64,000 nt of DNA from the human T2T-CHM13v2.0 reference genome, Homo sapiens. Under the pieces are notes generated by a model. The model was not told where the DNA came from. It saw nothing but the letters and a program-made list of their open reading frames with translations, and ran no database searches. The DNA lies in assembly GCF_009914755.1 (NCBI RefSeq), contig NC_060935.1. One strand, 5' to 3'. The stretch's first letter is position 1, and each line of letters begins with the position of its first letter. The position numbers and the translations under genes are program-made. Shown one piece after another: positions 1-13,140 of this stretch.

Positions 1-2363
1 ATCTATAAAGTAGGAAAACCAAGGGTACTCTGTTTATTCAAGTGACTTGGTATGTTGTAAATGTCTTTGTAAAATGGAAATTAATTTAGACTTTGATGAA
101 CTTTGGGTAATTAAAAGATTAGCCAAATGTTTTAGAAAAATATATTTACACCTACAAAGAAAGAGATATCTGGATAAAAATATAAAAATGACAGAGCTTT
201 TTAGAATAGAAACATGCCAAATATTAAAGTGAAATATCTACTTGGTGCTTTAAGCCACAAACAGAAAGCATTTTGAATTTCAAGTTACTAAATTTTGGAA
301 TATACTTCTCTGTACTCCTGCATTTTCACTGTGGTAAGCAAGGGCCAAACCCCAAGAGGTCAAAATACATCTATGTTCAGTTGCTTCTATTTTTATTTGC
401 TTTCTGGTCAGTTAAAAAATAATTTAAATCTTATAGTGCCTCAATTATTTTGTCTACAATGTGACTTTATTAATTGTAGTCCTAATCACATGCAACAGGA
501 TCAGTCTCTCTGACACCTGTCAATATTACTCTGTGAAAACAGGAAATTATAAATTTGAATGATAGCGACCCAACCTAAACACAGTAGCTATTGAGTATCC
601 TGGAATTGCCTTGATTACTATTATTTTCTTGGTCATTTATTTCCTTCTTCTGACTTAATTTTTGGTACCACATACTTGTAGCATAAGCTGGAATGGTCCA
701 GTCAAATCTTGGAATTAGTAAATCATTTTATGTTCCCAAAGAGCTTATTGTCTGTATTATTCTGGAAACATAATTTATTGCGTTTGCATTTTATTCCAAA
801 TTTATTTGCCCTAAGCATCAAAGAGCCAAACTTTCACTAACAACATGAGAATAGTATTGCTGATAATGCTAGTGACTTATTAAGTCATTTAAATATTAGG
901 GAAAAAAACCAACATTTTACTACAAAATATTCATTTTACTATGTAAAGCACAAATTTAATAAGATTCCAAATACAGTGCCATGTGACTGTGGCTCTTTCC
1001 TTCCATGACCTCCACACCCATTAAGAACTAAGGATAAAGCATTTCACATATATGATGAAAATTTCCTATGAGCTGATTTTAGTGCTATAAAAGCCCATTT
1101 AATTTTAAAAGATGCGCCAATGAGTGGTTTATGGTGGTCACATAAAATGGTAGTGCATGGATTAGTAAAATTCTACTAGAAAGAACATAGTCCTTTATGT
1201 CTTTTTGATCAAAAATATTTCATCTTGAGTCCTGCATTCACCTATTTTTAACTTTGCTAGTTTTTTTAAAGAGCCAGTTGGAAATGGTTATTTTAGCTCA
1301 TTTGGTAGAAAGCTTTATTTTATACATACACAAACTATTTCTGAACATGCAAATAAAAAGCAGTTAACTAAAGACAGCATTTAGAATATGATTTATTATA
1401 AATAATACAGTTGGGAAACTATATTACTGGGACTCAACTTCTAAATGGATACATGAAACAAGAATAAATGTTGTTATCGTAGGATTTGCTGTGAATAGGC
1501 CATCTTGAAAGTTTTGGCAAAATAATGTGAAAGCTTGAGCAATGCTGTATTTACACATTAGCAACTAGGCTGATGGTAAGAGAGGAGGCACAGATGGATT
1601 TATTGATCTACCATATGGAACATAATCTTACTAGACTGAGAGCATACTTTTATCCCTAACTGTGCCAGTTGTTAACAGAGGAACCTCTTGTCATTTCCCA
1701 ATGTTCAATGAAAATTTCATGAGTTAACTCAGTAATTTAAAGCAGATAAAATTATAATGGCATCATCTTGTGGTGTACCATTGAATCCCTTTTGTTCCCA
1801 ATGTTCTGATTATATTTTACATTCCATTCCTTAATATGCAATGCAGCCTCCTTGGGGGCATGACTATATATATTCAACAGCACATAAATATTTTAATAAT
1901 CCAATTTTGTTAAAGAAAGTGAATTAGAATGAAGTAATAAATCAACATCACTCAATTTAACACACAACCTCCAGACAATAATATTCCTAACACATTTCAG
2001 GAGGAAAAAAAGATTAATCCTGTATTGGAAATCCTTGAATGAGATTCTATAATCTTAATTTCATTGATAGCAAGTTACATCTTACTCACAGTTACTAATA
2101 CTTACTTTATTTCTTCATCTTCTTGAATAAATGACACTAAATAAATACAATGAGCAATTGAATACTATTTATCCTTTCTGCTTCAATTTAAGTCCAGTAC
2201 ATCTTGTTTTGTCCTCTGAGGAATACAGATTAGCAGGCACTATATTCATTAATGATACAGGTGCTTAGAAAGCATACTGCCGTTCTTTTGATTCAATAAA
2301 AAATAATTATTAGGATTTTTAATGATTAGTCATCTGTATTTAAGTGACTTTGAAATATGTATC

Positions 2364-2661
<298 letters not shown>

Positions 2662-2984
2662 CTACCTAGAGAGGATCCTCTAGAATCTCAGGTATATGAA
2701 CATACTTGGTAGCATGTTATTTAACTCTGGTACTCAAAAACTGAGTATTAAGTTATTGTGATTTGAAATTGTGGATCTTCAGTCTTTAGCTATTTGACAT
2801 ATCTGCAGCTTTTGTACATTGCTTCCATTCAGTTACACAAATGTCCACTTGTCCATTTAGAAACTAAAGACCTTCAGTATCACATAAAACTGATCATCAG
2901 TTGTTCTTTGGATATAACACATTAGACTTGCTGTGGTCTACTCAAATGGAGAGTTCCCAGTAATAAAGGCTGCCAGAAACTTAC

Positions 2985-3085
2985 CCATGCTTCAAGCTAA
3001 TTCCTCCTCCAGTCCCAGTGACCCAGCCTAAATGGTAAAACTGTTTGCAAAGTTCTGGGATCAGGTATCTTGGATGCTCCTTGTC
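2985..3085 (-). CDS. APIP: APIP exon 2 (methylthioribulose-1-phosphate dehydratase / Apaf-1 interacting protein)
   Basis: Reverse strand translates [33 protein letters not shown](G); AG acceptor at 3087-3086, GTAAGT donor from 2984; 101 nt, in phase with exon 1. Later exons lie left of the window. Confidence 0.97.
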
Positions 3086-4029
3086 CTTAAAAAGAAGGTA
3101 ATGATTTTTAAAACAGACATCATTTTATCAAGTAACTATTCCAGCTGGTGTTTCTAATAAGAAGCCAATTTAAGAAAGTTTAAGAAAACATACTATAGAA
3201 AGAGTACAGTGAAGGAAAAAACTATTACAAACATATTTTGTTTTTAATGTTTAGAAAGTGGATCTACTACATTATTTGGCAACCTGGGAGTATTCGGTAT
3301 AGGGCCATATAGTCCAACACTAAGGAACAGGCTGCAAAAACAAGGTGGGGAAATGCCTAGTATACATTACAAAGCATCAACTGAAATGGCTGAAAGAAAA
3401 TAGAATCTCATGCTGAAGGAACAGTCTCTCCAGAAGATTTATTTACACAAAACACCTTATTTAACTAGGTTTGATGATATATACATGAGATATTATGATA
3501 GTTACATGTTCAACACATACTCTGTGTGTTGGTTCAATTGTATTTTTATTCCAAAAAAGTCCTTTTTCCCACAATGATTTTAGTTTCTCTTATTGAAAAA
3601 GCAATATATACTCATTATAGAAAATAAAGTGAAGCAAATTACAAAAAACACTAAGAAACAACCTCAATTAATACTTGCTTAACCCATTTTATGAAGATAC
3701 GTGTTTATGAGTGTATGTGTGTGTATACAGACAGATAAATATCAAGTGTTATTTTTATAAGTCCAATGATTACTTCTTTAGAAAAAAGAGCCCACACCAT
3801 TTTCTCCTGCTTTTTTGTGGTTTAAATTAATGAAAACAAAAATAAATAAATAAATAAATAAATGAAGAAGAAATACAATGAATTCCATTTTGGGCAGTAT
3901 AATATACAATCCTTATCTTAAAAATAAGTACAAATGCTGAATAAATTATTTTTTAAAATATTTCAAAATAAGTTGTTGAGCTGGCAAGAAAGTAAAGTTT
4001 CACAGGGGCCATAAAAAATGAGAATGAGA

Positions 4030-4720
4030 CTCTCACACCAGTTGGAATGGCGATCATTAAAAAGTCAGGAAACAATAGATGCTGGAGAGGATGTGGAGAA
4101 ATAGGAATGCTTTTACACTGTTGGTGGGAGTGTAAATTAGTTCAACCATTGTGGAAGACAGTGTGGCGATTCCTCAAGGATCTAGAACCAGAAATACCAT
4201 TTGACCTAGCAATCCCATTACTGGGATTCTACTATAAAGACACATACGTATGTTTACTGCAGCACTATTTACAATAGCAAAGACTTGGAACCAACCCAAA
4301 TACCCATCAATGATAGAATGGATAAAGAAAATGTGACACATATACACAATGGAATACTATGCAGCCATAAAAAAGGATGAGCTCACGTCCTTTGCAGGGA
4401 CATGGATGAAGCTGGAAACCATCATTCTCAGCAAACTAACACAGGAGCAGAAAACCAAACACTGCATGTTCTCACTCATAAATGGGATTTGAACAATGAG
4501 AACACATGGACACAGGGAGGGGAAAATCACACACCAGGGCCTGTCAGCAGATGGGGGGCTAGAGAAGGGATAGCATTAGGAGAAATACCTAACATAGATG
4601 ATGAGTTGAGGGGTGCAGCAAACCACCATGGCACGTGTATACCTAAGTAACAAACCTGTAAGTTCTGCACACGTATCCCAGAACTTAAAAGCATAATAAA
4701 GCAACAACAACAACAACAAA
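4030..4720 (+). mobile_element. L1PA 3' fragment (ORF2 C-terminus + 3'UTR)
   Basis: ORF 4047-4277 [34 protein letters not shown] is the L1 ORF2 Cys-rich end; L1 3'UTR; (CAA)n-rich tail at about 4700-4720. Confidence 0.93.
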
Positions 4721-5451
4721 GGAAAATGAGACTACCTGGGAGAGAAGTGAGCGCCAAAGCCAGAATGTTCCTGAAGGTATTGCAAAACTCTGGTGACCTT
4801 GAGCTTCAATTTTGATAGCCATGTAAGCCACTAGAAGCATGAGACAAAACCCAGGGCCTGATCAATTCCAGGAAACCTAATGAAAAATCCCCACATAAAC
4901 TGGAGACCCCACTGAGGTCTACCTTCAAGGTAACAGTGAACAAAATGAGATTCACTGTGGAGAAAATCACAACAAGGAAGCATGCCTTTACAGATCTGGT
5001 CACTGGGTAAAGGGGGAAAAACATCTTTGAGTTCAAAAAGCGATCATTATTTAACAGGCTGAATTCTCAGCTACTTAGCTGAATACTTGAAATTGTGGTG
5101 TTTTTCCCCAGATTTAGTGCTAATGTTCTACTTACTCATTTTAAGTATTACAAATGATGACTGATGGAGTAAACTTCAAAATATAAAATTAAAAACTTGA
5201 GAATCTAGAAATTTCTAAAAGTTCTGATTCAACTTAGACTTGGAGTTAGCTGACTTAAAAGTCTAATCCACATTACTGGATTTATTGCCTACATGACTTT
5301 GGGTGTCAGTTTACTTATCCACACAATGAAAATGCTGTGAGGATTAAAATGAGATACAATGGACATAATGCAGTCAGCATGAAATCTGACACAATGTCAG
5401 TTTCCTTTTCATTTTAAAGAGCTGAAAATTCTTGAATTAAAATAGCAAAAC

Positions 5452-6088
5452 TATTATAGGAGTTATTAAGAAATTATTTTAGAGAGGGTAAGGTTGGTAA
5501 GGTTTTGTTTCCTTTTAATAATGCAGCTTAGTAAGGTTTTTTTTTTTTTCTTTTAATAATGCAGCTCCAAAAACATTTCTTTTCTAGCAGAAAAGCAGCT
5601 TAAAGGGCCAGGCTAGCAAGCTTTGATGTGCAAATGCCAGCCATTAGAAACCGGGTCCATCCAATATGGTGATTCCCACCCTCTTCTTGTCACCATGTGT
5701 GTCAAGCATCATGGCCACCCCAGATATCTTCACGTGTGCAGAACATCATGGTGGCCTGTATTTGAATATTAAAAGGCTAGGGTGGGAGGGCTAGTTTTTT
5801 TCGTGGGCTACCTGAGTGACATACCTGGTCAAACCAATCCCCTGGGCCCTATGAAAATCAGACACCACCTCCTCCAGCCTCCTAATAGAACCGACTGTTT
5901 TCCCGCTCCACTTGGGGTTTTCTCTCTCTGCTTGGAGCCACCCTCCATCTCTGTACAGGGGAGCTTCTTTCTTCTTTCTTATTAAACTCTCCATTCCTTA
6001 AAACCACTCCACGTGTGTCCATGTTATTTATCTAAATTGGTGCGAGACAAAGGGCCCTGGTGTTCCTTCAGTTATCAGAGCCATATCA
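5452..6088 (+). repeat. 5' LTR of the provirus
   Basis: Starts TATTATAGGAGTTATTAAG (repeated at 15084 after the PPT); TATA-like TATTAAAA ~5767; ATTAAA polyA signal 5981-5986; ends ...ATATCA before the PBS. Confidence 0.85.
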
Positions 6089-6091
6089 TTT

Positions 6092-6109
6092 TGGTGTGTT
6101 GGCCAAGAA
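6092..6109 (+). promoter_or_regulatory. Primer-binding site, tRNA-Gly-like
   Basis: TGGTGTGTTGGCCAAGAA versus the recalled complement of the tRNA-Gly(TCC) 3' end, TGGTGCGTTGGCCGGGAA: 15/18, two differences at CpGs. Confidence 0.7.
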
Positions 6110-6241
6110 TCCGAGGTACAACATTCATCGGATGGTGAGTATAGGAGCAAGCTTAAAATCTGTTCTATCATTCTGAGGGGCTCTTGGCCTCTATTTTAAA
6201 ATCAAATCAAATCAATCAACAGGCATCCTTCAGCTGGTTAA

Positions 6242-7135
<894 letters not shown>

Positions 7136-7882
7136 TCGAGCAAATAGTATTTCTAAACCAACAGTGCCACCTAGTGGAAACAGAAATCTTCATGAGGCAC
7201 ATTTTTTTTTCTTTTATGGTAACACTGCAGCTTCCTTTTGCACCACTAGAAATCGGGCTCTAAGCCTCTTCTGTGAACAGGAAAATTCTGCTTTCAACAG
7301 ATAGGAGTTAAATGTCTTCTGTGGCCAAATTTTAGTCTCAATATTGTCCCATCAGCAGGAAAATGGCCATTTGGTTCCTACGTTCCTTTAAGGCACCTAT
7401 TCTGTCTCTGATTAAGGTAGTACTGAGCTAGTAAGGGGATTTTAAGTCCAGAAGTTAACCGGAACCATTTTTCTAAGGGTAAATGCTTTAGCATGGGCCA
7501 TAATAGCAGGATATAGAGTTCAATCTAGCATACCCCCTCCATTAAAGGGGCCTTGCCCAATTACGTAGTTTTTCTTGAGATCTGTTTTTTTTAGGGAGGT
7601 ACACAGGTCGCAGAAGTCTAGGAGGTTGAAGGGAAATATAAGCAGAGGACTAGAGCTGCTTGGGGAAGTGCGACTAGGCCCAAAAGTCTAGTTCCTCTGG
7701 TGCCATGGCTTGGAGGGTCACACCTACAGTCATGGGCAGCACATTTAACAGGGAGGTGGGACCTAGGAACTAGCGAGGGAAAATAGTTGGGGGACGCCCC
7801 CACTGTTTTCTTCTCCACTCTGGGTCATATACAGAAAGGAAGGAGACTAAAAGGACACTTTTATTCTCACTTCTCTTTCTAA

Positions 7883-9359
7883 ACGGGTAACAGATCATCT
7901 TTAGCATGTGGTCCCCTGGAGTGGATTTTAAAACACTGGGACTGCTTCAACCCTGAGACTTTGAAGAAAAAATGCCTCATAGTCTATTGCACAAGGGCAT
8001 GGCCTTCTTATCATCTTGGAGATGGACAAACCTGGCCTGCTTGGTGGAGCCTTGATTTTAATGTCATCCAACAGTTAGATCTTTTCTATAGACAGAAGGG
8101 CAAATGGACTGAGGTCCCCTATGTATAGACTTTCTTTGCCCTGTGAAACCCAGACCTTTACAAGTCCTGGACAACTGACCCAGTTCTTTTACCAGCCATG
8201 GCAGGCAAGCCCATAGGCCTTTCCCAGAGCTAAAGTAGGTTCCAAAGGAGCAATCTGAGACAGCTATTGAATGTCCCAATGCTTCCAGTCCCCCTCCAAT
8301 TGTACCATCAGCTCCTCTAGCTCCACCATTTCCAGTATATCCTACTCTCCCCATTTCACTCTTACTGCTGCAGGAAGTGCTTGATGGGAATGGTGCCATG
8401 AGGGTTCAAGTTCCCTTTCATTACAGAACCTTAAGCAAATAAAGGGAGACTTAGGCCGATTTTCTGACAACCCAGGTAGGTATATAGAAATTTTCCAAAA
8501 TTTAACTCAGGTATTTGACCTCACATAGAGGGATGTTACGTTGCTGCTACGTCAGACCCTCACTGAAGCTGAAAAGCAGAAAGTTCTGCAGGCAGCAGAA
8601 AAATATGGAGATGAGCAACATGCCTCCTGTAGCAAACCGAGGAGACAAAGAGGAGATAGGGAAGGTGAGGAAGAAGTGGAAACTCCATTCCTACTAGGAA
8701 AGGAAGCAGTTCTGGTAGACAACCCTGACTGGAACACCAGTAACTCAGGAAATGAATGGAAAAGGAAGCACTTTTAAGGTGTGTATTAGAGGGCCCATGG
8801 AAAACCAGGGCCAAACCTCTCAATTACTCTAAACTGTCCATGATAGACCAAAGACCAGACGAGAATCCCACAGCCTTTATGGAAAGGCTGAGAGAGGCAC
8901 TAATAAAACATACCTATTTATCCCGATTCAATCAAGGGACAGCTCATTCTCAAGGACAAGTTTATTATTACACAGGTAGCTCCCAATATTAAAAGGAAAC
9001 TATAAAAGCAAGCTATAGGGCCAGATAGTACCCTAGAAAACCTCCTAAGAAAGCCACTTCGGTCTTTTACAATAGGGATCAGGAGGAAGCCCAATAAAAG
9101 GAAAGGAAAATACAGGAAAACAACAGAGGCTCTAGTAGCAGTGGTGCAAGCTTGCAAAGTCCAGAATCCCCAAGGTGCATCCACTAGCTGTTATCGATGT
9201 GGCAAATCAGGGCATTTTAAGAAAGAATGTCCAGGTAGCAAGACAAAGCCACCTCGACCCTGTCCAGCCTGTGGCGGAGACCACTGGAGACAGATCTGCC
9301 CCCAGAGACGGAGGTCACTGGGTTCAGAACCAGTCTCACAGATGGTCCAGCAAGACTGA
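7883..9359 (+). pseudogene. gag: ERV gag (disrupted)
   Basis: Start codon reads ACG followed by GNRSSLACGPLEWILKHWD; MHR-like IDQRPDENPTAFMERLREAL; CYRCGKSGHFKKEC and CPACGGDHWRQIC knuckles; multiple stops and frameshifts. Confidence 0.9.
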
Positions 9360-12300
9360 TGGGTCCCGGGGGCTCAAACCCCTAGCTCCAGCGACTCAGA
9401 CTGCCATTACAGCACAGGAACCTTGGGTGATTCTGGAAATCAAAGGAAGGAAGGAAGGTAGATCTCCTTCTGGATACTGGAGCCAGTCTCTCTCTTCTCC
9501 TCTAATCCAGGCCTCCCCTCTTCCCATAGTATGACTATAAGGGGCGTCTCAGGAAAAATTCTAACCTGATATTTTTCTCAACCTCTTACCTGCAGATGGC
9601 GGGACCTACTATTTACACATGCTTTTAAAATCATGGCTGAAAGTCCTGCTCCTTTATTAGGAAGAGATAGTCTAGCTTGCATGGGGGCCAGCATCCATAC
9701 AGCCCCAGGACAAACTCTTTGTCTCCCCCGATGGAAGCTAACATTAAACTACAAGTGTGGGCAACTCAAGGAAGGATAGGTCGAGCTATAACCACTAGGC
9801 CAGTCCAGATCTATCTTAAGGATCTCACTTCTTTTCCTAACCAGAGACAGTATCCCCTGAGCCCAGAGGCTAGGAAAGGGCTAGAAGCCGTTATTAATAA
9901 CCTAAAGATGCAGGGCCTCCTCAAACCCTTTAATAGCCCCTGCAACACCCCAATATTAGGAGTGCAGAAGCCCAGTGGGGAATAGAGACTAGTTCAGGAC
10001 CTTTGCCTCATTAATGAAGCTGTAGTTCCAATGCATCCAGTGGTACCTAATCCCTATACCCTGTTAACTCAAATACCTGAGGGAACTAAATGGTTTACAG
10101 TCCTAGATTTAAAGGATGCCTTTTTCTGCATACCATTACATCCTGATTCTCAACACCTGTTTGCCTTTGAGGATTTCCTTCCGTCCAGACTGCCCAGTTA
10201 ACATGGACGGTGCTGCCTCAGGGATTTTGAGATAGTCCTCATCTGTTTGGACAGGCACTGTCACAAGACATTTCTGAGTTCTCTCATCCTCATGTTAGGG
10301 TCTTGCATTAGTTGATGATATTCTGCTCTGTGCCCCAACTGAGGAAGCTTCTCAGGAAGGCACCGAAGCTCTTCTCAACTTCTCAGCTAACAGAGGATAT
10401 AAGGTTTCAAAACCCAAGGCCCAGCTCTGCAAAACCTCAGTGAAGTATCTAGGATTAGTACTGTCCAAGGGGACCAGAGTATTAGGGGAAGAGAGGATTA
10501 AGCCTATTTCCTCCTTCCCTCACCCCCAAACCCTCAAGCAACTAAGAGGATTTTGGGGCATTACAGGATTTTGTAGACTATGGATACCTGGGTATGGTGA
10601 AATAGCCCGTCCATTATATAACCTCATAAAAGAAACTCAGGGAGCTAAAACTCATCTTTTAACCTGGGAACCTGAAGCTCAAAAGGCCTTCAACCAGCTA
10701 AAGCAAGCCTTGCTCAAGGCGCCAGCCCTCAGCCTTCCTGTAGGGAAGGCCTTCAATCTGTATGTGTCAGAAAAGAAGGGAATGGCCCTGGGAGTTTTAA
10801 CACAGGCCCGAGGACCAGCTCAACAGTCAATGGGTTACCTAAGTAAGGAACATGATTTGGTGGCTAAAGGATGGCCAGCATGTCTCCAAGCCATTGCCTC
10901 AGTGGCTCTACTGGTCCCAGAAGCCTCCAAACTAATCCTGGGAAATGATTTAACTGTTTACACCCCACATAACATGGCAGGACTACTGCACTCTACAGGG
11001 GAGCCTTTGGGCTAACAGCCGACTCCTTACATATCAGGCCCTGCTGTTAGAAGGTTCCAACATTCAATTAAAGACTTGTTCTCATCTAAATCCAGCCACC
11101 TTCTTCCCCAAGGAAACTGGGGAAACTGTGCATGATTATGAACAAGTCATAGTACAGACCTATGCAGCAAGGGAAGATACTGGGGAAACTTCCCTAGAGA
11201 ACTCAGACTGGACCCTCTCCACAGATGGGAGCTCTTTTGTAGAACAAGGAGTATGCATACGCAATGGTCACTCTAAATGACGTCATCAAAAGTGCATCTC
11301 TCCCTCCAGGCACAAGTGCTCAATTAGCTGAGCTAATAGCTCTTACAAAAGCAATCACATTAAGCAAAGGAAAGAGAGCTAACATTTACACTGACTCCAA
11401 GTATGCTTTTCTGGTTCTCCATGCTCATGCTGCCATTTGGAAGGAAAGGCATTTCCTTACCACCAATGGACCGCCTGTAAAATATCACCAGGAAATTAAC
11501 AGGTTATTATCCTCAGTTTTTCTTACACAATAAATAGCAGTGATGCATTGCAAGGGACATCAAAAGGGAACAGATGAGGTAGCCGAAGGATACAGATTAG
11601 CTGATCAGGCAGCTAAATCAGTGGCAAGGAAGCCTCAAGACATCAACACACTTCACACCCCTCTAATCTGGGAAGGCTCCATAAGAGAAATTAAACCTCA
11701 GTACTCCCCTACAGAAATAGAATGGACCACTTTGTCTCGAGGGTATACCTTTTAGTCCTCAGGATGGCTACAGTCAGAGGATGGCAAACACCACTTGCCA
11801 GCCTCCAGCCAATGGAAAATCCTTAAAATCCTTCACCAAGGTTTTCACTTGGGAAAGGATAAAACTTATCAACGTGCCCAGAGATTGTTTTCAGGAGAGA
11901 ACTTACCAAAAACAGTCAAGCAAGTTACTAATACCTGTGAAGTCTGTCTTAAAAATAATCCCCTGAAAATGTGACTCCTTCCTCCTCAAACCCAAAGAAC
12001 AGGAAGTTATCCAGGGGAAGACTGGCAAATAGACTTCACCCACATGTCAAAGACAAAGGGCATTCAATACCTGCTGGTATGGGTAGACACCTTCACTAAC
12101 TGGGTAGAAGCATTTCCATGCCATCCACAAAGAGCCTCTGAGGTAATAAAAATGTTAGTTAATGAAATAACTCCCTGCTTTGGTCTACCGAAGTACCTTC
12201 AAAGTGACAATGGGCCCTTGTTTAAGGCAGCTGTCACACAAGGGGTCTCAAAAGCACTAGGCATAGAATATCATCTCCATTGTGCTTGGAGACCCCAATT

Positions 12301-12854
12301 CTCAGGAAAGGTGGAGAAAACTAATGATATTATCAAGAGACACCTCTGAAAATTATCCCAAGAAACTCACCTTCCTTGGGTCACTCTTCTTCCCATGGCC
12401 TTAACGAATAAGAAATACCCCTTCAAAATTAGGTCTTAGCCCTTTTGAGATGCTGTACAGATGGCCTTTTCTTACCAATGATTTTCTATTAGATTGGGAA
12501 ACCTCTGAGCTAGTTAAGCATGTAACCTCTCTGGCTCAGTTCCAACAGGAAGCGACTAGCAAAAGCCCAACCCCAGGAAACTGGACCACCTCTGTTTAAC
12601 CCAGGAGATTTGGTACTTGTAAAGGCTCTCCCTTCTCTCTCTCCCTCCCTAAGCCCAGGCTGGGAAGGACCTTACACTGTTCTTCTTTCAAGCCCCTAGG
12701 CAATAAAAGTTACAGGAATCGACTCCTGGATACATTATATTGGAGTCAAAGCCTGGAGACCTGAGGGAGCAACCCCTGACAACCCAGAGGAATGCCTTGA
12801 ATATCAATATAAAGAAAGAGGAGATCTTAAGCTGAAAATCACAAAAGTAACTGA
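9360..12854 (+). pseudogene. pol: ERV pro-pol (protease, RT, RNase H, integrase; disrupted)
   Basis: LLDTGA ~9465; LDLKDAFF; LPQG; frameshifted YVDD ~10307; LRGFWGITGFCRLWIPGY; TDGSS/SAQLAELIAL/IYTDSKYA; WQIDFTHM, LQSDNGP, GKVEKTN; WEGPYTVLL. Confidence 0.93.
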
Positions 12855-12958
12855 ATGAAAACTACTTATCTTAGTCTCACCCCTACCTCACCAAATACTT
12901 CTTGCCATTTCCACCTCTCCTTTTGAGATTCGCTGCCAAATATTAGAACTTCTTTTTG

Positions 12959-13138
12959 ATGGAAATTATTTACTACGCCACCCTTGCAGGAATTGTTTTA
13001 CTCACTCTACTATTTGCAGTAGGACTATATGCTGTAGCACCCTCAGGGTGGAATATCAGACAGATAATCTCAATTACTGTAGCATTCTGCTTAATTATTA
13101 TCCTCATAGCAGGAATAACAGTTATGAAAAGGAAGTAA
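12959..13138 (+). CDS. Putative small proviral accessory protein, 59 aa, two predicted TM helices
   Basis: Intact ATG..TAA ORF MEIIYYATLAGIVLLTLLFAVGLYAVAPSGWNIRQIISITVAFCLIIILIAGITVMKRK between the pol end and the env ATG; coding status inferred only. Confidence 0.4.
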   Translation: MEIIYYATLAGIVLLTLLFAVGLYAVAPSGWNIRQIISITVAFCLIIILIAGITVMKRK

Positions 13139-13140
13139 AC

